The translations under genes were made by a program, and so were the position numbers. The notes under the pieces are model-generated. The model saw nothing but the letters and a program-made list of their open reading frames with translations. It had not been told where the DNA came from and searched no databases. From Candidatus Shapirobacteria bacterium (GTDB lineage Bacteria > Patescibacteriota > Microgenomatia > UBA12405): DNA of 64,000 nt. This document shows, in pieces, positions 27,340-37,959 of this stretch (the first letter of the stretch is position 1; every line of letters starts with the position of its first letter). Location: NCBI GenBank assembly GCA_030698565.1, contig JAUYJS010000008.1:161275-225274 (forward strand). The letters are read 5' to 3'.

Positions 27340-28425
27340 ATGGTCATTAAATTTATTAAAGCTGTATTTTTGCAATTTTCCGGTATTGTTGGCGCGGGAA
27401 TTTTTGTTCTGCCTTATCTCTTTTATCATTCTGATTTTAAGCTTTCCTTACTTTCATTATTGGTTTTAATGATCATAATTTCCTTTTTAAATCTTTTTTA
27501 TATCGACATAATCTGTCGCACCCCAGGCGATCATCAACTTTCCGGTTATGCCAAAATCTATTTAGGTTCTTTCTTTCAAAAAATTACTTTTTTAAATTTA
27601 TTCTTACTTGGTTTCGGGGCTCTTTTTGCTTATATTCATTTGGGTGCCACCTTTTTGTCTTTATTGTTCCCCGGTCTTAGCTTGGCTTTTGCTTTAATTT
27701 TCTATATTGCCCTTTTATTATTGTTTCATTTAGGTAACCTAAGAATTGCCAAAAACTTTTCTCAAATTATTCCCTTAATCGGTATAGTTTTAGTTACTTA
27801 TCTTTTTCTAACTGCACTCAAATTACCCGTAACCAAATTAGGAATTTCCAAATTTAACTTCACACTTATCGGTACACTTATTTTTGCTCTGTCTGGTTTT
27901 ACTGTTATTCCCGAAGTTGAAGAGACTCTGCGCGGTTTACCTAGAAAAAAAATGATTTTGAAAATCGCCTCGCTTTTGGGTCTGTTTTTAGCCTCTTTGG
28001 TTTATATAATTTTTATATATGCGGTCATAAAATTAAGTGGCAGTCGCGTGTCTTCCGATTCCTTAACTGGCCTTATTTCAACTTCACCGCTTTCCGCCAA
28101 AATTTTGTCAGTTTTTGGTTTAATTATTACCCTCAAAGCTGGTCTTAATTTTCTTTTAATTTTTAAAGAAAGTTTTTATCGCGATTTTAAATTATCCTCA
28201 AAACTTTCATTTGCCTTATCATCTTTGGTTTTACTTTTACCACTGATTTTTTTCAACCTTCCCGTCGTTCAAGTTTTATCGTTAGTTGGATCAACTACTG
28301 TTTTTATAGTTGCCGTCATCATCTGTCTTATTCGCTATCAGTTTAATTTAAATATATATCAAAAAATAATCGCTTTTAGCCTTCCTCTTGTATTCTTAGC
28401 CAGTCTTTTACTATCCTTGGCCTAA
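27340..28425 (+). CDS. aromatic amino acid permease-like transporter
   Basis: GIVGAGIFVLPY, FALSGFTVIPEV, about 11 TMs. Confidence 0.8.
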   Translation: MVIKFIKAVFLQFSGIVGAGIFVLPYLFYHSDFKLSLLSLLVLMIIISFLNLFYIDIICRTPGDHQLSGYAKIYLGSFFQKITFLNLFLLGFGALFAYIHLGATFLSLLFPGLSLAFALIFYIALLLLFHLGNLRIAKNFSQIIPLIGIVLVTYLFLTALKLPVTKLGISKFNFTLIGTLIFALSGFTVIPEVEETLRGLPRKKMILKIASLLGLFLASLVYIIFIYAVIKLSGSRVSSDSLTGLISTSPLSAKILSVFGLIITLKAGLNFLLIFKESFYRDFKLSSKLSFALSSLVLLLPLIFFNLPVVQVLSLVGSTTVFIVAVIICLIRYQFNLNIYQKIIAFSLPLVFLASLLLSLA

Positions 28426-28458
28426 AAAAACTTACCACCTAAATGTTAAAATTGGGCT

Positions 28459-30255
28459 GTGGACAACCAGGTCGAAGAAATCAAGCAAAAACTGGACATA
28501 GTTACGGTAATATCAAAATATTTACCTCTTAATAAGCGCGGTCGACATCACCTAGCTTGTTGCCCATTTCATCAGGAAAAAACACCATCATTTACAGTTT
28601 CTACCGAACTTCAAATTTTTAAATGTTTCGGTTGCGACAAAGCCGGTGATATTTTTAATTTTGTTCAGGAGTATGAAAGAGTTGATTTTCGTGAAGCTTT
28701 ACAGATTTTAGCCAAGCAGGCTGGTGTAACTTTAGTTCAAAATACTCACCTAAGTCAGGAAGAAGCCCAGCATAAAACTTTAATTAGTATCAATTCCCAA
28801 TTAGCCGAATTTTATAATTACGTTTTATTAAACCATCCTCTGGGCAAAATTGCCCTTGATTATGTTCTAAACCGGGGGATAAAACCGGAAATTATCAAAA
28901 AATTTAAAATCGGGTTTGCTCCTACCAACTCGCAGCTACAAGTTAATTTTCTTTTAAAAAAGAAATATAATTTGCCAGATTTAATTGCCACTGGTACTTT
29001 TGGCCAAAGTCATTATGGCGGCAACCAGCTTTACGATCGTTTTCAGGGTCGTTTAGTTTTTCCTTTAACTGATTATCGGGATCGAATCTTGGGCTTTGCC
29101 GGTCGGGTATTGCCCGGCAGCGCCGGTTCCAATTCTGCCAAATATATTAATTCACCAGAAACTGCCATTTATCACAAAAGTCAGATGCTTTTTGGCCTAA
29201 ACTTAGCCAAAGAAGCTATTCGTAAAAGCAACTCTGTGATAGTCGTAGAAGGGGAATTTGACATGATTTCGCCTTATCAAATCGGAGTAGAAAATATTGT
29301 GGCCCTAAAAGGTACGGCATTTACCCAAGATCAACTGCAATTGCTTCATCGTTATACTGACACTATAATTTTGGGTCTTGATTCTGATTTCGCCGGCAAC
29401 AATGCCGCCAGAAAAAGCATAGAAATGGCTGATTCTTTGGATTTCGACATTCAAGTTCTAATATTAGGTGAAAAATACAAAGATCCCGATGAAGCCGTCA
29501 AAGCTGATCCAGAATTTTTTAAAGCTCAATTACAAAAAACTATTCCCGTCTGGGATTTTATTATTCAAACAGCAGTTAAAAATTTCGATATCAATACCGT
29601 CAAAGGCAAAAAGCAGGCCCTAGAGATGGTTTTGCCATTTTTAGTTAAAATCAAAAATACGGTTATTAAAACAGATTATTTTCGTAAACTGGCGTTTGAA
29701 ATTAGTTCCGATGAAATGTCTGTGGCTCAGGAAGCCGCTAGATTGGGTAGCCCTTCGTATTCGGCCGCTCATGTCAAAATTCAGCCTCAAGTCGATGAAG
29801 TTATTAATCTCGTCAAAAACCCTAAATTAGAGGAAGCCCTTATAAATTTGATTCTTGGTGCCAGAAAGCCACTTCTTTTAGCCAAAAAAATGGAGCATAT
29901 AATCAACGGCTTTGCCACAACCAAGCTTCAACCTATAATTTCTCTCTTAATCACATCAACCGATTTTGAACCTTTAACTTTTCAAGAACAACTACCGGCC
30001 GAGATCCGTCACTACTTTCAAACTCTATTTTTAAATGCAACTTCAGAACCCATGGATCCCCATAGAAGAATGCTAGAGGTCAAAAAGATAGGAATTCAAA
30101 TTGAAACGATTAACCTCAAAGAAAGGCTAAATTTATTAAGTCAACAGATAGCTTTGATGGAAAAAAACGAACAAAACGAGGAATTAAACAAGGTAGAATT
30201 GGAGTATAATCAGATTTTATTGAAACTATCCCAAATTCAAAGCAAAAAAAGCTAG
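28459..30255 (+). CDS. dnaG: DNA primase
   Basis: CPFHQEKTPSF..CFGC zinc finger, KYINSPET, VVEGEFD, LDSDFAG, KDPDE. Confidence 0.96.
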   Translation: MDNQVEEIKQKLDIVTVISKYLPLNKRGRHHLACCPFHQEKTPSFTVSTELQIFKCFGCDKAGDIFNFVQEYERVDFREALQILAKQAGVTLVQNTHLSQEEAQHKTLISINSQLAEFYNYVLLNHPLGKIALDYVLNRGIKPEIIKKFKIGFAPTNSQLQVNFLLKKKYNLPDLIATGTFGQSHYGGNQLYDRFQGRLVFPLTDYRDRILGFAGRVLPGSAGSNSAKYINSPETAIYHKSQMLFGLNLAKEAIRKSNSVIVVEGEFDMISPYQIGVENIVALKGTAFTQDQLQLLHRYTDTIILGLDSDFAGNNAARKSIEMADSLDFDIQVLILGEKYKDPDEAVKADPEFFKAQLQKTIPVWDFIIQTAVKNFDINTVKGKKQALEMVLPFLVKIKNTVIKTDYFRKLAFEISSDEMSVAQEAARLGSPSYSAAHVKIQPQVDEVINLVKNPKLEEALINLILGARKPLLLAKKMEHIINGFATTKLQPIISLLITSTDFEPLTFQEQLPAEIRHYFQTLFLNATSEPMDPHRRMLEVKKIGIQIETINLKERLNLLSQQIALMEKNEQNEELNKVELEYNQILLKLSQIQSKKS

Positions 30256-30288
30256 ATTTATTGTGATTTTTCGTATACAATATACTCC

Positions 30289-31374
30289 ATGGTTGTCACT
30301 CTAGACTTTTCAAAGATTAAAAAAACATTAGTAGCTCAGGCTAAAAAGCTTCACTATCTCACAAATGAAGAAATTATAGGCCAAGTTCCAGAGCCAGAAA
30401 AATACATTCCTCAGCTCGATGATCTCTTCGATTACCTGTTTGAACAAGGGATTGATGTTTTCGACAAGGTAGAATCCAAAGAAATTATAGAAATAGAAAA
30501 GGAAAAATTAAGCTCTTCCGATTTTCTAAATCTTTTAACTCAAAAAGCCAATGTTGATTCGGTTAGGATGTATCTAAAAGAAATCGGTAAAATCGACCTT
30601 TTGAATTTTGACGAAGAAGTTAGATTAGCCAAAGCTATTGAAAAAGGTTCTGCAGATGCTCGGGAAAAATTAATTAATGCCAATTTAAGATTAGTTGTTT
30701 CTATCGCCAAAAAATATATCGGTCGCGGTTTAACTTTCCTCGATTTGGTTCAGGAAGGTAACCAGGGTTTAATGCGGGCAGTCGAAAAATTTGACTGGAA
30801 GCGCGGCTTTAAATTTTCTACCTATGCCACTTGGTGGATTCGCCAAGCTATTACCCGTGCCATTGCCGATCAGGCCAAGACTATTCGTATCCCCGTCCAT
30901 ATGGTCGAAACTATCAACAAAGTTTACAAGGCCACTCGGGCTCTCACTCAGCGCTTAGGCCACGAACCAGAAATCGAGCAAATTGCCGAAGAAGTCGGCA
31001 TCACTGTTGAAAAAGTCGAAGAAATTTATAGAATTTCCCAGGATACTACCTCGCTTTCTACTCCAGTAGGCGACGATGAGGATTCATTTTTGGGAGATTT
31101 TATTGAAGACACTACTCAGCCATCTCCCTATGAAGAAACTTCCAAAGAATTACTTCGTGAATCTATTGAAGAAGTTTTGGGTTCTTTAGACGAAAGGGAA
31201 ATGAAAGTTTTAAGTCTTCGTTTTGGTCTGATGGGTGAGACTCCAAAAACTCTAGAAGAAGTCGGCAAAATTTTCAACGTCACTCGCGAGCGTATTCGCC
31301 AAATCGAAGCCAAGGCTTTGCGAAAACTCCGCCATCCTAGTCGTAGAAAAAAACTCCAAGATTATTTGGAATAA
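30289..31374 (+). CDS. rpoD: RNA polymerase primary sigma factor
   Basis: [64 protein letters not shown]. Confidence 0.97.
   Translation: MVVTLDFSKIKKTLVAQAKKLHYLTNEEIIGQVPEPEKYIPQLDDLFDYLFEQGIDVFDKVESKEIIEIEKEKLSSSDFLNLLTQKANVDSVRMYLKEIGKIDLLNFDEEVRLAKAIEKGSADAREKLINANLRLVVSIAKKYIGRGLTFLDLVQEGNQGLMRAVEKFDWKRGFKFSTYATWWIRQAITRAIADQAKTIRIPVHMVETINKVYKATRALTQRLGHEPEIEQIAEEVGITVEKVEEIYRISQDTTSLSTPVGDDEDSFLGDFIEDTTQPSPYEETSKELLRESIEEVLGSLDEREMKVLSLRFGLMGETPKTLEEVGKIFNVTRERIRQIEAKALRKLRHPSRRKKLQDYLE
31253..31374 (+). repeat. left copy of 122-nt direct repeat (rpoD 3' end)
   Basis: aligned by eye with 37595-37716: 16 mismatches, no gaps. Confidence 0.92.
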
Positions 31375-31466
31375 AATAACTTTTCTGGAATCGGCCGAAA
31401 TACAAGACAGTATTAATATTACACAATATATTTTAATATTTGGTATTTTTGTGTACAATTCTAAAT

Positions 31467-34400
31467 ATGAATTGTATATATGACACGTTTACAAATCTCT
31501 ATTCATTATCAAAAACACTTAAATTTGAACTTATACCAGAACCAGCTACTCTTAAAATACTTAAAGAAAAACAAATAATTCAAAAAGATTTTGAGCTTAA
31601 TGAAAATTATCAAAAAGTAAAGCCAATTTTTAATCAGATTCATTCAGAATTTATAGAAGAAAGTTTAGGTTCAGCCGTTAACAGCCAAATTAATTGGAAT
31701 GAATATTTTGAGATTTATAAAATAGGAAAAAATGAAAAAGATAAAGCTAAATTAGATAGTCTTAGAAAAGAGAAAACATTAATTGAAAAAAAACTTCGAA
31801 GTGAAATAACTAAATTGTTTAATGTTACCTCCGAAAAATGGAAATCAAATCCCGAATATGTAGACGATAGAGGAAAATGCTTATTTAAAAAAAATGGGCC
31901 TGAAATTCTGGCAGAAAAAGGAATTTTAAAACTTTTATATATCAAATATCAAAACAAATCAGGATTGGAATTATTAAAAAGTTTTGATTCATTTTTTACA
32001 TATTTTTCTGGATTTAATCAAAATCGAGAAAACTATTATTCCAGTGATGAAAAATCAACAGCTATTAGTTATCGTATTGTTCATGAAAATTTACCTAAGT
32101 TTTGTGAAAATTTATTAGATTATCAAAATAAAATTAATCAAAACATTACTATTGATAATCTAGATATCTTCGATATTAATTATTTTAATGAATGTCTGTC
32201 CCAGAAAGGAATAAATAAATATAACCAAGCAATCGGCGGATTTCGAGATGAATCAGATATAGCTAGCTTTAAAGTCCAAGGTATTAATGAAAAAATAAAC
32301 TTATATTTTCAAAAAACAAAGCAAAAACTTCCCAAGCTCAAATTTTTATATAAACAAATTGGTGTAATCCAAGAAAAGAAAGAGTTGTTTTTTTTAATTG
32401 ACGGTCACGACCATACTTTAAAAAACACACTAGAATTGTGTTTAAAAGAAAGTACTCTATATAACCAAAGAATAAATGATCTCGTTTGTTCAATTTTGAG
32501 GGCCGAAAACTTAGATCAAATATACCTTTCTAAAGCTGCATTAAACACTATTCAAAGAAAGTACTTCAATAATTGGCAGGTTGTCGAGGATGAATTTATA
32601 AATCAAAAATTATTTACCAAAAAGAAAAATAAAGAGGAAATCAGACTAACTATTCCAGAATTTATATCAATCGATAAATTCAAATTTGTATTTAATAATT
32701 TATCTGAAATAGACGCAAAAGATATTTTCAAAGAAAAATATCAAAACTTATTCATATTAAAAAACAAGTTTGATATTTTTGTAAAAATTATCGAACAAGA
32801 ATTCTCTTGGAATTATTTAGAATTTAATCAATCATTAGAAAATAAAAAATTATTTAGTGATAGCGAATGGAACAGGGTTACTTGGGTATTAGCTAAAACT
32901 AATCTTGAAAAAATTATCAACAATTTAAGTGAAAAACCAGATACTGAACAAAAAAATATTATTAAAACATTTTTAGATTCTTCATTAGTATTGTTACAGA
33001 TGCTTAAGTACTTTAAGATTAAAGAATCAGGGGTAGGTATCGTAAATTGGGATGGTGATTTTTATAATGAGTTAGACAATATCACACAAAGTTATCCACT
33101 GTTTAAGTGGTATGATGCAGTTCGCAATTATTTAACAAGAAAACCGTTTTCTGAAGATAAAATAAAAGTTAATTTTGAAAAAGGCAATTTACTTGGTGGT
33201 TGGCCAGATAGTCCAGAAGGTAATACTCAATATGGAGGTTTCATTTTTAGAAAAAATAACAACTATTTCTTAGGCATATCGCAAGACGCGAGACTATTTG
33301 ATCTAACAAAAAATCCAAATTCTCACAATAATGATGGCTCGTTTGAAAAAATGGATTTAAAACAATTAGACGGAAAAACGATATATGGATCAATTTATGG
33401 TGGTAAATACCAAACAAAATATGCCAAAGATAAGGATAATATTTCAAACTATGAATTGATAAAAAGAGTTAAAGATATTCTAAAAGAAAAAAGCACGTAT
33501 TTTCCACAATTAAATCAAATTATTGATGGTGATTTTGACGACCCAAAAAAACTTGCTACAGAAATTTCTTCAAAAACTTTATATTCAATAGACTTTTTTA
33601 AAGTTAGTGAAAATTATATTAACGAAGTTACTAGTCGAACCAACAAACCTCTTTATTTATTTAAAATATCCAATAAGTATCTTAAAAATTCAAACCAAAA
33701 TAATAAAAATAACTTACACACTAAGTTTTTTTTAAAACTTTTTGAAAAACAAAACAACGAATCTCTATTTAAGCTGTGTGGTGGGGGAGAAATATTCTTT
33801 AGAAAAGCATCTGTTGATCAAAAAATAGATGAATCTAGAAAAACATCGATTAAAATAGTCAAAAACAAAAGATATACAGAAGATAAGTATTTTTTTCATG
33901 TACCAATTGCGCTAAATGCAACTAAGCCGGGTTATTATAAAGATTTTAATAAAAGAATTAATGAAGATTTGATAGGCAATAAAAATAATGTTCATATTAT
34001 CGGTATTGATCGAGGAGAAAAGCATTTAGCTTACTATTCAGTCATCAACCAAAAAGGAGAAATTGTTGAACAAGGTTCGTTAAATAAAGATTTATTAGGT
34101 AAAGATTACGGTGAAAAACTTGAATTTATTGCAAAAGAAAGAGAAAAAGCCAGAGAAAATTGGGATCAAATTAATAAAATAAAAGATTTGAAAGATGGTT
34201 ATATCTCACAAGTTACAAAGAGAATCTCTGACCTGGTAATAAAACATAATGGTATTGTAGTTTTTGAAGATCTAAACTCAGGATTTAAAAGAGGTCGTCA
34301 AAAAATAGAAAAATCAGTTTATCAAAAACTAGAACTTGCTCTAATTAAAAAACTTAATTATTTAGTTGATAAAAATAAGCACGACGGAGAAACATTATCA

Positions 34401-35180
34401 GTCACCAACGCTTTACAGCTTACACCCCCAACTGATAATTTTGGAGAAATAAAAGGGAAACAATGGGGAATCATTTTTTATACAACAGCAGCCTATACAT
34501 CAGTTACTGACCCTATTACTGGTTTTAGAAAAAATATATATCTTAAAAAATCAGCAAAGAATATCATGCGAGAAAATATTTTAAAGTTAGACAATATAAT
34601 TTTTGATCAAAATAATTTATGTTTCCGTTTTGATTATTCATTAAATAAGTTTCAAAAAGATACTAGTAATAAAAAATGGAGTTGCTATACCCATGTTGAT
34701 CGAATATGTAATGAATACGATAAAAAAATAAATAAATGGGTCCCAACCTCAATTTGCCTCACAGAAAAATTAAACGATCTTTTTAAATCAGAGAATATAG
34801 ATATTAATAAAAATATTATTGAACAAATAAAAAACAAAGAAAATCTAAACAATAAATTTTATGAAGACTTAACTTTCTACATTAATTTACTATTTCAACT
34901 TAGAAATTCCAATTCTTCAAAAGAGATTGATTTTATTTACTCTCCAATAGAACCCTTTTTTGACAGCAGAAAATATCAACAAGAAGGTCAAAATCTTGAT
35001 TTTACAGAGAAAGCCAAATTACCTGTTCATGGGGACTCAAACGGTGCTTACAATATTGCTCGCAAGGGCTTAATAATGTTTAAAAGAATTAAACTAACTC
35101 CAGATAAGCCTGATCTTTTTATTGGAAATGAATATTGGGATTGTGTAGCGCAGAATTGGGAGGAATTTATAAGATCATAA
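31467..35180 (+). CDS. cas12a: type V-A CRISPR effector Cas12a (Cpf1), about 1237 aa
   Basis: FTNLYSLSKTLKFELIP, YFSGFNQNRENYY, RIVHENLPKF, YDAVRNYLTRKP; RuvC motifs IGIDRGE, VFEDLN, GDSNGAYNIARKG. Confidence 0.96.
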   Translation: MNCIYDTFTNLYSLSKTLKFELIPEPATLKILKEKQIIQKDFELNENYQKVKPIFNQIHSEFIEESLGSAVNSQINWNEYFEIYKIGKNEKDKAKLDSLRKEKTLIEKKLRSEITKLFNVTSEKWKSNPEYVDDRGKCLFKKNGPEILAEKGILKLLYIKYQNKSGLELLKSFDSFFTYFSGFNQNRENYYSSDEKSTAISYRIVHENLPKFCENLLDYQNKINQNITIDNLDIFDINYFNECLSQKGINKYNQAIGGFRDESDIASFKVQGINEKINLYFQKTKQKLPKLKFLYKQIGVIQEKKELFFLIDGHDHTLKNTLELCLKESTLYNQRINDLVCSILRAENLDQIYLSKAALNTIQRKYFNNWQVVEDEFINQKLFTKKKNKEEIRLTIPEFISIDKFKFVFNNLSEIDAKDIFKEKYQNLFILKNKFDIFVKIIEQEFSWNYLEFNQSLENKKLFSDSEWNRVTWVLAKTNLEKIINNLSEKPDTEQKNIIKTFLDSSLVLLQMLKYFKIKESGVGIVNWDGDFYNELDNITQSYPLFKWYDAVRNYLTRKPFSEDKIKVNFEKGNLLGGWPDSPEGNTQYGGFIFRKNNNYFLGISQDARLFDLTKNPNSHNNDGSFEKMDLKQLDGKTIYGSIYGGKYQTKYAKDKDNISNYELIKRVKDILKEKSTYFPQLNQIIDGDFDDPKKLATEISSKTLYSIDFFKVSENYINEVTSRTNKPLYLFKISNKYLKNSNQNNKNNLHTKFFLKLFEKQNNESLFKLCGGGEIFFRKASVDQKIDESRKTSIKIVKNKRYTEDKYFFHVPIALNATKPGYYKDFNKRINEDLIGNKNNVHIIGIDRGEKHLAYYSVINQKGEIVEQGSLNKDLLGKDYGEKLEFIAKEREKARENWDQINKIKDLKDGYISQVTKRISDLVIKHNGIVVFEDLNSGFKRGRQKIEKSVYQKLELALIKKLNYLVDKNKHDGETLSVTNALQLTPPTDNFGEIKGKQWGIIFYTTAAYTSVTDPITGFRKNIYLKKSAKNIMRENILKLDNIIFDQNNLCFRFDYSLNKFQKDTSNKKWSCYTHVDRICNEYDKKINKWVPTSICLTEKLNDLFKSENIDINKNIIEQIKNKENLNNKFYEDLTFYINLLFQLRNSNSSKEIDFIYSPIEPFFDSRKYQQEGQNLDFTEKAKLPVHGDSNGAYNIARKGLIMFKRIKLTPDKPDLFIGNEYWDCVAQNWEEFIRS

Positions 35181-35734
35181 TGGATGGATTAATTCAAATT
35201 TCTAAAATAAATGATTTTTTATTTTGTCCTATGTCGTTATACAACCATAGTATTTATGAGAGCTTTGATCAAAAAATGTTTCATAGTAAATACCAAACCA
35301 TTGGCAAAATCAAACACGAAAGCATTGATAATGGCAAATACTCTTCGTTAAAAAGATTTTTGCAAGGGAATACTGTCTATTCACAAAAGTACAATATTAT
35401 CGGAAAAATAGATATTTATGATACTAAAACAAAATCACTTATTGAAAGAAAATTTAAAATTAACCATATATATAAAGGATATGTCTATCAGCTAATTGCT
35501 CAATATTTTTGTCTGGTTGAAAAAAACATATCTGTCGAGCACTTATTCTTACACTCACTTAAAGACAATAAAAGATATGAGGTGAATCTTCCTGACCAAA
35601 TAGTTGAAGCTGATTTTAGTTTATTTTTAAGAAAGATTAGAAATTTCAATCCAAATCAAATAACTTTCGTTGCTGAGAAGAAAAAATGTTTACAATGTAT
35701 TTATTCAACTTTGTGTAATTACAATCCATGCTAA
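35180..35734 (+). CDS. cas4: CRISPR-associated Cas4
   Basis: ISKINDFLFCP, GKIDIY, IERK, QLIAQYFCL, C-terminal CxxCxxxxxC; ATG overlaps the cas12a stop. Confidence 0.92.
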   Translation: MDGLIQISKINDFLFCPMSLYNHSIYESFDQKMFHSKYQTIGKIKHESIDNGKYSSLKRFLQGNTVYSQKYNIIGKIDIYDTKTKSLIERKFKINHIYKGYVYQLIAQYFCLVEKNISVEHLFLHSLKDNKRYEVNLPDQIVEADFSLFLRKIRNFNPNQITFVAEKKKCLQCIYSTLCNYNPC

Positions 35735-36687
35735 CTTTCCCAGATTTTTCACAAAAGAGAATAGTTATTGTTGGTAATAATGGCAATGTCACCAGCAATC
35801 TAAAATTCTATAATAGCAATATCCGATTATATTACGGGGAAAAATTTATTGATCAAGTTTCCTGTTACTCAGTTATATGTTTATTTATTGTCGGAGACAC
35901 CACCTTAACCACAAAATTAATTAAAAAAGCTAAAGAGTATGGAATTTCAATTTTTTTACTTAGCAATAATTTAAAAAACTATGCAGAAATATTTTCCAGT
36001 GCCGAGGGAAATTATAAACTGAGACAGAAACAATACCAGACATCTGAGCAAAGTGAGTTGGTGCTATCAAGACTTATTGTAAAAAACAAAATTAAAAACC
36101 AACTCCTCCTCTTGCAGGAAAAAAATATCAATGAATTTAATAAAAAATTTAATTCTATTCTTGAAAATATAGACAGTGTAGATGACAGACAACTACTACT
36201 TGGAATAGAAGGAAATACTTCAAGTCTTTATTTTGGCGCAATTTATAAAGACCATGATTGGCATAGGCGAGCACCACAAGCAAAAGAAGATCCGTTAAAC
36301 CTATTGCTTGATGTTGGTTATACTCTTATTTTTAACTATATTGACTCAGTACTTCATCTTTTTGGTTTTGATACCTACAAAGGTTTTTATCATAAACTAT
36401 TTTTTGAACGCAGATCACTAAGCTGCGACATGATGGAACCTCTTAGACCAATAATTGATCGGCAAATATTAAAGATGTTTAACTTAAAACAAATTAATGA
36501 AAAAGATTTTTATTTGAAGGATTGCTCATATTCATTTAAAGATTTTGAATCAGCCAATAAATATTCTAATCATATCTTAGAAGCAGTCTTAAAACAAAAG
36601 GAACCAATCTATGATTTCGTTTACTCATTTTATCGCCATATTCAGGAACCAGAAAAACATAATTTTATTGAATTTAGCCCGCTATGA
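35728..36687 (+). CDS. cas1: CRISPR-associated Cas1
   Basis: LLGIEG, NLLLDVGY, GFDTYKGFYH, SLSCDMMEPLR. Confidence 0.93.
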   Translation: MLTFPDFSQKRIVIVGNNGNVTSNLKFYNSNIRLYYGEKFIDQVSCYSVICLFIVGDTTLTTKLIKKAKEYGISIFLLSNNLKNYAEIFSSAEGNYKLRQKQYQTSEQSELVLSRLIVKNKIKNQLLLLQEKNINEFNKKFNSILENIDSVDDRQLLLGIEGNTSSLYFGAIYKDHDWHRRAPQAKEDPLNLLLDVGYTLIFNYIDSVLHLFGFDTYKGFYHKLFFERRSLSCDMMEPLRPIIDRQILKMFNLKQINEKDFYLKDCSYSFKDFESANKYSNHILEAVLKQKEPIYDFVYSFYRHIQEPEKHNFIEFSPL

Positions 36688-36965
36688 TAATCGTTGCATA
36701 TGATTTTGTATCAAACAAAAAACGTGCTAAGTTTTCTAAGTTTTTAAAGCAATACGGTGAAAAAATTCAATATTCAGTTTACAAAATAAAAAATAGTGAT
36801 CGTGTTTTAAACAATATAATTAGCGAAATTGAACATAAATATGAAAGAACCTTTGACAATACTGATAGTATCTTCCTATTTCGGGTCTGCCAACGATGCC
36901 AGAAATCATTGAAACTTTATGGCAACGCAAAACATCATCGAGAAAATGTGGTAAACTTGGGTTAG
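36684..36965 (+). CDS. cas2: CRISPR-associated Cas2
   Basis: IVAYDF..KRAKFSKFLKQYGEKIQYSVY. Confidence 0.93.
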   Translation: MIIVAYDFVSNKKRAKFSKFLKQYGEKIQYSVYKIKNSDRVLNNIISEIEHKYERTFDNTDSIFLFRVCQRCQKSLKLYGNAKHHRENVVNLG

Positions 36966-37159
36966 AACTTTAAAAATACGACAAAATAGAAGTTATTGTG
37001 CGTAATTAAAACCTAAGTCTTTATTTTTCTTTAAAAATAGAGCAAATTATAAAATTAGACCATATATAAGGGTAATTTTATATCTATCATTATATGGATA
37101 AAGTCCTAAAAATAAAATTTTTAGTTGCATCTTTTTCCCATAAGATAGGTAAACCAGCT
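36966..37159 (+). promoter_or_regulatory. probable CRISPR leader
   Basis: AT-rich non-coding segment between cas2 and the first repeat. Confidence 0.6.
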
Positions 37160-37570
37160 CCTAATTACGAATATTAAATTTCTACTTTTGTAGATATTTA
37201 AGCCATCTTCTATAACCTTTTCCTAATTACGAATATTAAATTTCTACTTTTGTAGATGGTAACTCTAGTGCTTATAGTGTTGTAGCCTAATTACGAATAT
37301 TAAATTTCTACTTTTGTAGATATTGTGTAACCAGTCAAATAAGACTTTCCTAATTACGAATATTAAATTTCTACTTTTGTAGATTCTAGGTGTTTAGTGG
37401 TTTGGGTTGCCTAATTACGAATATTAAATTTCTACTTTTGTAGATTACTCGTGGTGCATACCCTGAATTAGACCTAATTACGAATATTAAATTTCTACTT
37501 TTGTAGATACTAATGTAATAAAAAGTATTACCATCCTAATTACGAATATTAAATTTCTACTTTTGTAGAT
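37160..37570 (+). CRISPR. CRISPR array, 7 identical 36-nt repeats and 6 spacers of 25-28 nt
   Basis: CCTAATTACGAATATTAAATTTCTACTTTTGTAGAT at 37160, 37222, 37286, 37349, 37410, 37473, 37535; 3' AATTTCTACT-N-GTAGAT Cas12a handle. Confidence 0.98.
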
Positions 37571-37594
37571 TAATATTCATTTTTTTCTATTTAA

Positions 37595-37716
37595 TAGAAG
37601 AAGTCGGCAAAATTTTCAATGTTACTCGCGAGCGTATTCGTCAAATCGAAGCCAAAGCTTTAAGAAAATTAAGACATCCCTCGAGAAGAAAAAAACTCCA
37701 AGATTATTTGGAATAA
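37595..37716 (+). pseudogene. rpoD: displaced second copy of the rpoD 3' end (region 4.2 to stop)
   Basis: translates to [39 protein letters not shown], identical to the RpoD C-terminus; no start codon. Confidence 0.92.
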
Positions 37717-37740
37717 ATACTTCAGCCTTAATAATTTCAA

Positions 37741-37749
37741 TGCTATAAT
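37741..37749 (+). promoter_or_regulatory. extended -10 promoter upstream of the tRNA-Asn region
   Basis: TGCTATAAT. Confidence 0.5.
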
Positions 37750-37896
37750 CAAGCTTATCAATCCATCCTTTAATAGAGCCTGGTTTAACTCGCACATTTA
37801 AATATATTTTTCTTTTAGATTAATATTCCCAACGTAATTTCGACTTTGTCGAAAAACGTTGTTGGAACGTTAATTTTTCGAAGAAAAATTTTACGT

Positions 37897-37951
37897 TCCC
37901 CTGTAGCCTTTATCATTCCGTAGCCTTGGCGAAGGATGATCAATGGTAGAG
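37897..37951 (+). pseudogene. tRNA-Asn 5' fragment A interrupted by a 32-nt palindrome
   Basis: TCCCCTGTAGC [CTTTATCATTCCGTAGCCTTGGCGAAGGATGA] TCAATGGTAGAG; flanks equal tRNA nt 1-23. Confidence 0.85.
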
Positions 37952-37959
37952 GAAAATAT

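Noticed and set aside
36966-37159. tracrRNA or scoutRNA near the array
   Set aside because: No anti-repeat seen, and Cas12a processes its own crRNA.
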